DNA of 64,000 nucleotides from Marsupella aquatica (lineage: Eukaryota; Plantae; Marchantiophyta). Below the pieces are notes generated by a model, which was not told the DNA's origin, ran no database searches, and saw only the letters and a program-made list of their open reading frames with translations. The stretch is taken from positions 22,277,722 through 22,341,721 of the forward strand of contig OZ316896.1 of NCBI GenBank assembly GCA_973895155.1, in the 5' to 3' direction. Position 1 is the stretch's first letter. The number at the start of each line of letters is the position of its first letter. This document shows positions 26,471 through 37,252 of this stretch, piece by piece. A program made the translations under genes and the position numbers.

Positions 26471-29400
26471 GGTGAAAGACAGTCAGTCAAGCCATTAGGT
26501 TCACATGATTTCCAAAATCCTGTGAGGAAGGATTGTGTCCTCCATGGTTCATGCGATTGTTGCCCTGTCAAATTCAGTCTGTTCGGTATCTCTGAAATAG
26601 TTGTGAGGAATCGCAACTCTTCAAAAAGATACCTTGTACTTTTGGATACAGTGAAATAGTCGTGAACTCTAAACCTTTTGGGTTCTTTCGAATTAGGTCG
26701 AAAGTAAAAAAGTTTTGGAAGAGGGTTCTTATAATATCCGAATCAAGGGAGGTTCGGTTTGCAAACATTCTTTCCTTGGCGGTCCCGTAAGTTGTCGGGC
26801 TCCTAACTACGTTAATCAGTTCGTTACTATGCTGACAGTCTTCAAGAACCGTAAAGTCAGGAAGATACATCGCATTATTTAGGATGCAAGTATTCTCTTG
26901 AAAAGAAATCCCAATGCTGCTTCGAATGTGCAGGATAGTCTCCATTGTTTAATATGAAGGCCAAGGAAACAATTTTGCTAGCGCCTAGGTCCAACTCAGA
27001 ATATCTTGGATTGATAAAGTCAAATGCTTGAAATCTGTCAATTATTACGGATGGAGGGGCCAAAGTGAGCCTCGTTATTCTGTAGGGTGCTGAAACGTAT
27101 CTTACTGTTGCCATCACCGTAGTTTGATCCATCATGGTTTGCATACTCTCGACTTGTGTAATACTGTTCCTGCATCCTGGAGTGAGGGTTGTCCAAGTGC
27201 TGGAGAAGGGTCTTCGTTCAGCTGGTAGACATCCTGTGGCCGAATGAAATTGTCGGTAGTAAACAAACTGGAACCCTTGTGATGGGACATTTCGAATCGG
27301 CAATATAGAGGCAGATGCCAGAAAATACCTCATTGTCTCCCGAGTTCTATGTGAGAAAAGCGACGCCATCACAGAACCTGAATGTCTTCCTGTCAGTGTT
27401 CAGTAGAGGGAATAAGAAGTGTAATTCTATGAACTTCTACGGTAATTAGTCAAATGAGCTCCTCATGTTTGAGCTGTCTCATAACTGATGTAAGATTTTC
27501 CACGTAATTGAGTCTTGGTGTCCCAATCTCCAGCAATAAAAGACAGCACGCTTGGTCCTTCGTAAGATTGTCTCAATTGAAACTCAATTGAAACTCCATC
27601 CTTCCAGTGACCCTGTGAACAGTTCTTGGATCCGCTTCAGACAGGGAAACATGTTTAAGACACCATATTACAGTGCCGGGACCAAAGCAAAGAATTGGTG
27701 GTCGTTATCCCATTTTGATACATATCATCAATGTAATGTATGCTTCTCATTTGCAAATGTCCTCACGACATCCATCCCCTGCAAGTGAGCTAAAGGCATA
27801 GCTGGCATCCTTGCTCATGATAACTTCAATCCTCGGGCAGATCTTGACCTGACTAAACTGAGAAATTGATCATTAGTCACCAGATCAAGTAGTAACCAGA
27901 TTACAGGGTAGTTTCACTTGTGAAAGTTTTGGCCAGTCAGGGAAAGCATCTCGGCGGACCTTCATTTAAGGATTGACACTGGTGAACGTGTTCTCGAGAG
28001 CAAAATGCCCCACAAGCTGAAACAAGGTCAGCAGAATTATCCATAGTGGGAATACGACGTCGAAGATTTAAACACAGGAATTTCATGATTTCGAATCTGG
28101 GTACAGTACATCAGGTGCTAATTCTTTCGCTAGATTAGATTTGATTATTGCACTCCATTCAAAAATTCCGCTGTGAAGTTATACAACGCAGGAAACAGTG
28201 AAATAGCATCCTTGTACCTTGTACACACTAACCAAAAAGAAATTTCAATGCGTTGTGCAATGAATCACGTGCCCGCCTATTGGTGAGAAGGTCAGACTTG
28301 AGATGTTCTGACGAATAGTAATCCAGTCAAATCTCTATGATCTTCAAAGTAGGTAGGCATTCTGTCGGGACAAAAGTGAAAATTAGAAGATGATCTCGGA
28401 ACAAAAAAGGGCCATTTACAAAGAAAATGGAAAACAAAGTTTATACAACACTGCGAAAGAGCAAATAATGCCAAACAGGGAGACAGGATCCCAGAGGCAC
28501 GAGATCCACTAAAGGGGAGAAAACATGGAAAAAGTTCAGTAAGAACAAAAACTAAAGTGTAAAAAAGCGCCGAGTGAGGCACATATTAAGAATTCAGGGA
28601 TACTGGGGAATCAGACGGATACTGGTGTCCCTTCTTGCTTGTCATAACTAAATTAGAGAGACACCTTAAATAAAGTGAGTCATGCAACCTATACTTAGAG
28701 CCTATAACTAGACTGAAAATTATAATTAGGTTGACACCTGAAATAAACTTAAGTGAGTCACAATTTTATGTGAGATGTTTTTTATAGGCTAAGCTATCTT
28801 ACTAATAATTTGCAAAGCTACTTAAGGCCTATTTTCTAGAGTTGGCAACTCCCAATAAAGACAAAACTGATAATGAGTCTTTAATAATTACACAACTTAA
28901 AAAATGAAGATAAACCAAAAAAACAGTATGGGGGAGGGTGGACAAAGAACTAGATGGACAAAGATGAACTCAAATTAAAGCATACTTAGAATTGTTTCAA
29001 GGAATCTTGGGTAAGAGGCCTAGTTAGTGTAACTTACTAGAGATGGACACTTTATCTAATGGAACGTTTGTTTGGTACTCACACAATTTTTGCAGAAAGG
29101 GCATGGTGTGTCGGCCGATTTACTTAATGGTGTTCGGGAAGTTGGACATGAGTTTTCAAGTTACCTAGAGAAGAGAAGCTCCAAATAATTTAGACAGCGC
29201 TTCTACATACAGGTTTGATGTCTCCTGACTTTCAAAAAAACAGAATGGGGGAGGGTGAACAAAGAAGTTCTAGATGGGCAAAGATGAACCCAAATTAAAG
29301 CATACTTAGAATTGTTTCTGTGCAAGCCTTTTCTTTCTTCATATCTCTACTTTTGGTTATTTAATTTGGCATTTACTCTGTTGCGGTCCTTTAAGACGGT

Positions 29401-29639
29401 TTATTGTGCTTCGAATCCGGACCAACTCCGAATCATAGCCAGGTTTGAATTGCTTTTTGTCATTACAATTTTGAATTGCAACAAAGATCCTCACTTTGTA
29501 AAGAACATGAAGAAAATAATTTTAATATATACATATATATATACAAATATATCTTTATATTGACTGAGTATTAAACCTATATAATTCATTAGATTAGATT
29601 ACAAGTTTCTATAGTTGCCTGTACCAATTCACAAACTAA

Positions 29640-29790
29640 GGCGGTAGGCCGCTTGCTTACAATAGCTTCCAAAGATCTCTGAGGCATTACCCAAATTTTC
29701 TTCCGGTTGCCAATTATTCTCGGCCTGGTCATAACTAGCCCACTTCACCAAATACTCTAAGATTTGCCTTCCCAACTTGCATTTGTAACT
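29640..29790 (-). pseudogene. Chromodomain fragment (chromovirus integrase-type)
   Basis: KCKLGRQILEYLVKWASYDQAENNWQPEENLGNASEIF is a chromodomain signature (YLVKW..Y....W.P..NL). Confidence 0.75.
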
Positions 29791-30089
29791 CCTCAACGTC
29801 CTCCACCTCAAACTCCTCAACGTCCTCCACCAGCATAGCGTACAAACGCAAGACTTGATCCCGGTTGGGGTCATCGTCTTGGACAAATTTCTTGATTCAG
29901 CTAACATGGTAGCTTTTGCCCACTCCCATTTACTTGCGGGTTTACTTGGGTGTCTCCAACACCATCTAAACCGTATTATCTTTGTGGGCCTATCGTGTGA
30001 ATGATGCGATAGGGTTTCGCATACCAAGGAGAACTATACCTTGATTGGTAACTATACCTTAATGTAAGTATTGCTCTAACCGAAATACC

Positions 30090-30445
30090 TGGGAGAACTA
30101 TGCCTTGACTTGGTACAAGTCTTGGAAGAAGTTGCAAGAGGACTCTTCCTTGCCGTTAACTTGGAAAACCTAGTTGAGGGTCTTCGTGCTCATGTCACCA
30201 CTAAGTACCTACAGCGGCACGCTTAGAGATGTGTAACGTAAATGAGCTTTAGGGGTGATACCCAAAACTGGGAGAACTATGCCTTGACTTGGTACAAGTC
30301 TTGGAAGAAGTCGCAAGAGGACTCCTCCTTGCCGTGAACTTGGGAAAATCTAGTTGAGGGTCTTCGTGCTCATGTCACCACTAAGTACCTAGAGCTGCAC
30401 GGTTAGAGATGTGTAGCGTAAATGAGCTTTAGGGGTGATATCCAA
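30090..30445. repeat. 180-bp tandem duplication upstream of RepHel; a separate 27-bp x3 repeat lies at 30835-30906
   Basis: gggagaactatgccttgacttggtacaagtcttggaagaag occurs at about 30090 and 30270. Confidence 0.9.
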
Positions 30446-31071
30446 ATGATCATCACTTATTATCAAAACCATTTGGTGTGTATCCCGACGGGGCAAGAGA
30501 CACTACATACACAACTGCACAACTTTATAGTGAATCACGTGTGGCGCCATGGGTCATCATTGAAGTAAGGATTGTTCCACCAAAGGTGGCGAGCCGAGCG
30601 AAGATGGAGGGCAAAAGGGCAATAATGTAAGTATTGCTCTGACCGAACCCTTAGTAGTTGATGAGGTCCCTGTAGGGGATATGCCTGTCGGAGAGAAGGT
30701 GTTGTTGCGAGAGAAATTACGTAAGGTTATGACTATAAATCCTGACAAGCCAATTTTTGTGAATGTCACAAGTTCTAACGATAATTTGGGTGTTGCGTTG
30801 GTGGATACAAGCGCGACCGCCTGCTTCATGAGTGGCATGACCTTCGAGTAGTGTTTATGGCATGACCTTTGAGTAGTGTTTATGGCATGACTTTCGAGTA
30901 GTGTTTGGCGCTCTGCTAACTTGAGTTGGAGCCAAGCAACCAACTCTTCTTGGTAACTACGAGATCGTGATAAGCAAGACTCATTTCTGAAATTTCATTG
31001 ATCGAATTTTGGATGGACCCTAGCTAAGAAAACTGACGAGTTCATAATCCTTTGCATAGGGATCCCCAAAA

Positions 31072-34000
31072 ATGTCACGGCGTACAATGTCCGAGAAGAG
31101 ACATGCCGCACGAAGGCGTGCAATGAACACCTGTGCCGAGTCACTAAGTCCGTTATGTCAAGGATGGGCCTCAGCCCCATTGTATCTCCAAGAATGGAGA
31201 GAAGTTTGCCAAAAGACAATCCAAGGCATGAAGGTGTGCGGGATGTGCGGACTAGTTCGATACGGAAACACTCCGAGGATCGACAAGACATTCACCACCG
31301 TACCAAAGGTGAACATGACGCCGTACGGCATATGCAACGCATTTGTCAACCAGTACATTGAGAACCAAGATGGAACAATCAACGTGTGCATGACTTGCGT
31401 GCGAAACCCCGCCCGTATCCAGATAAACTCCTTCATATCTCCGCAATATGCGATCGACATCCTAGCCGCGAAGCCATTGTACATGCAATTGCTCTCGCTA
31501 ATCGACTGTCGACTAGGCATCATACAAAAGTACAATGGCTTCCACTCTGGCTTCTACAAAAAGGAAAGCCTCCTTGACAACCCGCTCATATCCTGGAATC
31601 TCGACACGCTAGAGTGCAATAATCGAGAGGAGATCATGCGACAGATATACAAAGTCATGGAACTCAATTTGACGACCAACCAACTTTTCAAAAGATACGT
31701 TTCATTGGTCGAACTACCAGACCCGTCACTGGGACTGTGCATCCTAAGTTCCGACGGAGTAGAGAACATCATCAAAGACAAGAGGGCAAAGGGAATAACC
31801 ACGAGATCCATGAACTTTGACCCATTCGACCCCGACCTGCACATCCTCCAAGATGTGCATTACCGGATCCCGACTTCACACAAGCGCAAGTACCAGGTCT
31901 TTCGTTCTGGCACCGTGTACGACCGCAAAAGAATGTGCTTCGAAGAGAGCGTCAACACCGATGCAGAAGGACTGTCGAACGATCCACAATTGACATTGGA
32001 AAATGCAATGTTCCCGTTCTTGTTCGTCCACTCGAGGGGTTTCCATCGAGGACAACTCAGCTTGATCGACTACATGAAACGGAGGACACAACAGTTGTTC
32101 AGCATATTCACTTTGTACAAGCCGTACATGCTTATCATGTACCAATTGCGACAGGCCAGCCAAGTAGCAAGCATGAGCAGGATGATAGTAATCGACAAGG
32201 AATACATGCAGATCAAGGAGAGGTGCCCCCACTTTAGCGAGAAGGAAATATACAAAATGCTGATAAAAAAGACAATCATGCAGGCCGTTCCTGGGAGTCC
32301 GGCGTGGCACGGAAGACACCTCGACGACCTCAAGTGCATGGTGAGAAAATGGGGACTGCCCCACTTCTTTCTCACGCTCACTTGCGATGAGCTCAGCGAC
32401 ACCCGTTGGCCTGAGATCGCCGACCTCGAGAACCTTGTGAAGAGGATGAATCCGACCTTCTCATGGAAAGATTGTCTTGTCGAATGCGCCGTGCTCTTCC
32501 ACGAATGAATCCAACGTTTTTTCAAGGATTATATTTTGTCAAAACGCGCCATAATCAGAAATGTGATCCACTACGTCATCAGGTACGAGTTGCAGGGCCG
32601 CGGATCACTCCACGCCCACACGGTGCTATGGGTCAAGGATTGCGACGTCGATCGAGTCATGAACGAAATTTCCGCATTCATCCGTGGCAGATTCGACTCG
32701 ACATCCGTCAGATTCGAAGAGCCGAATGGACTCGAAGAAAAGACCCTGTATCGCAACGTGGTGACGAAACAACTTCACTACTGCAAGGAGGGCTTGTGCT
32801 TGCAAAGGCACTCCCAAACCGGCCTCAAGTACTGCAAGTTGGGTTTCCCCCAAGAAACTTACCTCGACAAAGATGCAGCCATCGACCCCGCCACGGGGAA
32901 ATGGAGGTACCACAGGCCAAGCGACCACCATCGAAATGTCGAGCCATACCATCCGCTCGTGTTGCTGTTGTGGGGCGCGCACATGAACCTGCAGCGTGTC
33001 ACAAACGCGGCATGGTCATTCTATTTGCTCAAGTACGCGATCAAATGCGAGCCCCTAGGATCACTCCAGCTCAATGCAAACGATGTGCGCACTCTAGGAC
33101 TCGAGGACCTGTCTGAAGTCCAACTCAAGCTCGTCAGCGGAGCCGTCCTGTCTCGGAGCGTGTGCGCCACGGAGGCGGCCTTGACGTGCCTCAAAATCAG
33201 CATCATCCATCGCTCGGAGACAGTAATGTTCATGGACTCGTCGCCTCCGGAACTGAGGTCCGCCATCTACCGTAAGTCCTCGGGGATATATTTGCATCCC
33301 ACCAGACTCTACGCACAGAGGCCCGAGGACATGTTTGCAATGTCCTTCTACGACTACTTCACCAACCATGAGGTCCTCACCAATAAGAAAAGCACCACCA
33401 AAGACTACGTCGGCAGGGATTTGCAAGGCAATTTTGTGTATCGGACGGATCGGCTCGTGCGATTTTCAGAGTATCATCCAGTATACAAGATGAACGGCTT
33501 CTTCTACAACTACCTCCTGAAGGTCGTGAGATTCCGTGCAGAAGGCGAGATTCTCCTCAGGCCCATAAGCGAGACGTGGAGCTACTTGCACGAGTGCATA
33601 TACCGCAAGTTGATAACCAGCGTCGACAACGTGCACAAGTTGGTGCTTGAGTATTGTGCATCGCACCTCTACTCCACCCACCACACATCCCACCTGCTCC
33701 AGGAGCTGAACGAAAAGCTTCCCCACCAAATTTTCAACGACGCGGCCACATTCCAAGTGGTCCCCGCCGTCGCCGTAGAGAAACTGATCAGCGCGGTGCT
33801 CAACGACAAAACTCTCCCGACTGTCAACTTGACTCCGGACCAAATCAGAGTGTTTGAGGCACTCAAGGATGTCAAGAGCGGTCTGTTCATGATTGATGGA
33901 AATCCAGGATCCGGCAAGACTTTCTTCATCTCTTTCATGAACAAATACTGGACATATAAAGGGAGGAAGGTGAAGATGTGTGCCACCACGGGCGCGGCTG

Positions 34001-35196
34001 CCATAAACCTTAACGCCAACGCGGTGACAATGCATTCCTTGTTCAGCATTCCAATACACTGAGAGCTCAGGCCTCTGCACATCACCAGTCCCCAATACCA
34101 CATCTTGAGGAACAATGACGTGTTCGTCATAGACGAGGCGAGCATGCTGACACCCAAACTGTTGCGTTGCGTCTCCACAAGACTACACGAGACACTCCAA
34201 GACGAGGACCGCTCGTCCGACCCGTTCCAAAATAAGACGGTCATCCTGGTCGGAGACATGTGCCAATTGCCTCCGGTTTGCACCCACCACACCAATGACA
34301 TATGCAAGTCGTGCCACCTCTCGTCGTCGCCATATTTTGAGACCATGCGGAAATTTCACCTCAGCACTGTGCTCAGACAGAGCACAGACCCGGAGTTCAT
34401 GGAGTTCCTTAACAACATCCGCACGGGCCTCCCTACCCAAGAATCGATCGATGAGTGCTTGGGACGATGTTACGTGTCCAAACCAGAAGCCCATGATTTC
34501 ATCGACGCCTCGACAACCATGATATGCACACATAGAGAAATAGTCAACAACTACAACGAACGGGCATTACAGAGATATTTTCCACGCCAAGAGATCGTGC
34601 CCGTCCCAATACTCACCAATGCCCCTTCAGATGAATCCATCCGGCCTTGGATACAAGATCCCTCCTTCCACACACTGACGAACATTGCAATCGGATGCAA
34701 AGTGATTCTCACACACAACATCGACCTCTCCAAGCAGGCCGTGAACGGCAACGGAGGAATCGTGGAGAAAATCACTATAGAAGCCGAAGGCAAAATGTTG
34801 ATTTTTGTGAGAATGTCTTCCAACCACTGCCTCGTAAAGATCAACCGCACGGTTCACGAGAACAAGTTCATCTCGGGACAGCAAATCCATCGGAAATCCA
34901 CTTTCCCTCTCATGCTCGGATACGCCATAACAGGTCACAAGAGCCAAGGATGCACACTAGCGGGCAAGGTCGTGCTAGAAATAAAGAGTGCATTCACACC
35001 GGGACTGGTGTACGTTATGTTGAGTAGGGTCACAAATAGAGCATCCATGCGCATTGTTGGAGATCTTACGCCGCCGGACTTCAAAGTGTTCCACTTACCA
35101 ATTCGTCGTGTTCAACAAGCAGATGTCGACCACCAAAGGCAACAAGGCAGCGAAGGCATCACAACAACAACGAGAAACGATGACAGGCACAAATAG
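31072..35196 (+). pseudogene. RepHel transposase (HUH Y2 Rep + Pif1-family SF1B helicase), HLE2-type; one 1375-codon frame with two in-frame TGA codons
   Basis: ORFs 31072-32508, 32536-34062 and 34105-35196 share one frame. Motifs: N-terminal CxxC...CxxC; LENAMFPFLF; PGSPAW..DLKCMVRKWGLPHFFLTLT..WPEI; YELQGRGSLHAHTVLW (HUH); YLLKYAIK (Y2); GNPGSGKT; IDEASML; GDMCQLPPV; LRQSTD; FPLMLGYAITGHKSQGCTL; YVMLSRV. Confidence 0.95.
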
Positions 35197-35992
35197 CAAT
35201 ACGACAAGCGCTACTCCTACAACAGTTCAGGTAAACAGTGTCCACTTCATACTTCACATTGTTGATGCAAGCGATATATAATGAAATGATGATACGAAAG
35301 TTGCACGATTCATTAACATTGACGGGCAGTATTGTTCTAACACATTGTTCATGTCTTTCCTGTGCAGCCCATGACAGCCGTGGAGATGGCAAGGATGATC
35401 ATGAGAGAGCTGCCGTCAGATGACTTCCGGACTGACAAGGAAGTAACAGCTAAACAAATTGCTTTCGGCAACGGTCTCAGAATCGAGACAACTGAGATGG
35501 TGAACGGGATCAAGAGGAGAGATCTGTCGAAGATGATCGAGGAGAGGAAAGTGTTCAAGGCCGACTTCTACGATCATTACGGAGATAAACCGGCGACTGG
35601 TAAGCACAAAGATAAAACCCCCAATAAAAAATGACTTAAACCATCTCATGCACACATTAAGCACTAACTCCGTGTTGAAAACAAATGCAGGAGTCATGAA
35701 GGAGATTCTTAGGTACATGGCAGTTCCGTTCGAGGAAGACCAGCTCACTTACAAGGACGGGATGCGTGAGTACATCCAGGTCACAAAGGGAGCTCGTCTG
35801 GAGCAACTGACCAGATTGAGGCATGATTTCAAGATGCCACTTGATATGTTGGTAGGGCTGACACATCATCAATCCCAGTCCCTGATCGACAGGCTGAGGA
35901 GGAGCAATGACGAGGGGCTGCTATCTGACGTCCCTGCCCAAACAGCAACGGAACAACCCACCACATCCAAGCGGAAATTCAACGCGATGTGA
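35123..35992 (+). CDS. Predicted 3-exon accessory gene of the HLE2 element (exons 35123-35230, 35368-35599, 35691-35992; 213 aa), function unknown
   Basis: Intron 1 is CAG|gtaaac...ttctaac...tgtgcag|CCC (phase 0). Intron 2 is G|gtaagc...cactaac...atgcag|GA (phase 1). Splicing gives one uninterrupted frame ending KRKFNAM. Confidence 0.75.
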
Positions 35993-37252
35993 CAGTTGTT
36001 TCCATGATGTAGTACAAGTTTCATTTTTCAGAACAATGTGGTGTCTCATGCAAAAACAAATGACGAGTCCCAATAAAGATACCCATTGTGGGAAACATAT
36101 TTATCTATATCAATAACTGTCTACTTTTTAACACATTTTTTATCTGTATCAATAACTATCCAATTTTCAATCTCAATCGAATAAAAACAGGTGGGGGTCC
36201 ACGAACTAATTGGATACCATTAAGCCGTGTACTATGCTAAGTGGCAAGCGCCCACAGGTTCAATTTATTGTTCATGGTGGTAATTGCATATGAAAAAGCC
36301 ACTGTACACTAAGGAGCTGTCGCTCGTGCTTTTGTGGTACCATTTTCCCGAAGCAATTGCATATCAAAAAGCAGTGTACTATGCTAAGTGGCAAGTGCCC
36401 AGAGGTTGAATTTATTGCATACCAGAAAGCGGTGTACTGCGCTAAGTGGCAAGAGCCCACAGGTTGAATGTGCTTCTCATGGTCATAATTGCATATCAAA
36501 AAGCACGCTGAGGTCTTTTGAGGTTTGTGGTTAAATTTCTTGTTTGATTTCCTTTTCTAGGACCCCTGCTTCTCTCCTGGTTGGATCCTCTCTTGACTTT
36601 TTAGCTTCTATTTAGCAATTCTATTAACCTCTATTTAGCAATTCTACCATTTCTGCTTGGATTTTGACTCTGCATCGAGTTTGTTGCTAGGTACTCAAGA
36701 CTTCGTGTGAAAGTGGTTTCTGATGTGGGGGAGTAAAACTCTCTCCTATCGTTTAGGGCTAGTTTCATTGGACCCTGACTACTACTCAGAGTAAACTAAA
36801 TAAAAGGGTGTTGTCAGACCAGGTGTTGCTCCTTACATTCATAGCCAAACCCTACTTTGGAGATGATCTTACAAGAACCACCTAATATCAGATGACTGGT
36901 CCTTCCAAGATTTTGCTTTAGATTTCATCAAAGAACCATTTCATCAGAGAAAACCTCTCATAGCAAGGGAATTGTCCATTTTGACACCACACTAAAGAGG
37001 TCACTTGTACAAGAGATCTCTTAATCCTACATGGACAGGAGTGGGTCTCCCAAAAGGCTTATGTGGACAGCGGAGTTCTGGCCAAAGTTTGGGCCACCTG
37101 TGGAGGTGGTACCTTGAAAGCACCTCTTGGTCTTTTCTCATTCTATCACTAGAGTGGACTGCTTGACCACCTTTTGGGGTCAGGACAAAGTACATCCATA
37201 TGGACTTGTGACATGGTAAAACACAAGTGAGTGCTCGTTGTTGGTTGGTCAT

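Larger units (their letters stand above)
23172..36210 (+). mobile_element. About 13-kb Helentron/Helitron2 (HLE2)-like element with cargo
   Basis: Left end TACGGACCCCACTAGAGGTCC; right end GTGGGGGTCCACGAACTAAT. Removing it restores ggtaat|tggataccattaagccgtgtactatgctaagtggc, matching the uninterrupted sister units at about 6695-6740 and 17020. It contains an HLE2-type RepHel. The same termini bound 37253-38735. Confidence 0.75.

Noticed and set aside
32506-34062. In-frame TGA codons as programmed readthrough, selenocysteine, an alternative code or U-to-C editing
   Set aside because: Similar TGA/TAG/TAA interruptions occur in the copia, RLE and DDE elements alongside frameshifts. Methylation-driven C>T decay is the simpler explanation for nuclear TEs.
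33841-35196. Host PIF1 helicase gene
   Set aside because: It is in frame with an upstream HUH Rep domain and intronless, so it is the helicase half of a RepHel transposase.
23168-36211. TAATT on both sides as a 5-bp target-site duplication, or a Replitron assignment
   Set aside because: The second element has TCATT on the left and TAATT on the right, so TAAT is the fixed element end rather than a duplication. The encoded protein is a Y2 Rep fused to a helicase, whereas Replitrons encode a Y1 Rep without helicase.
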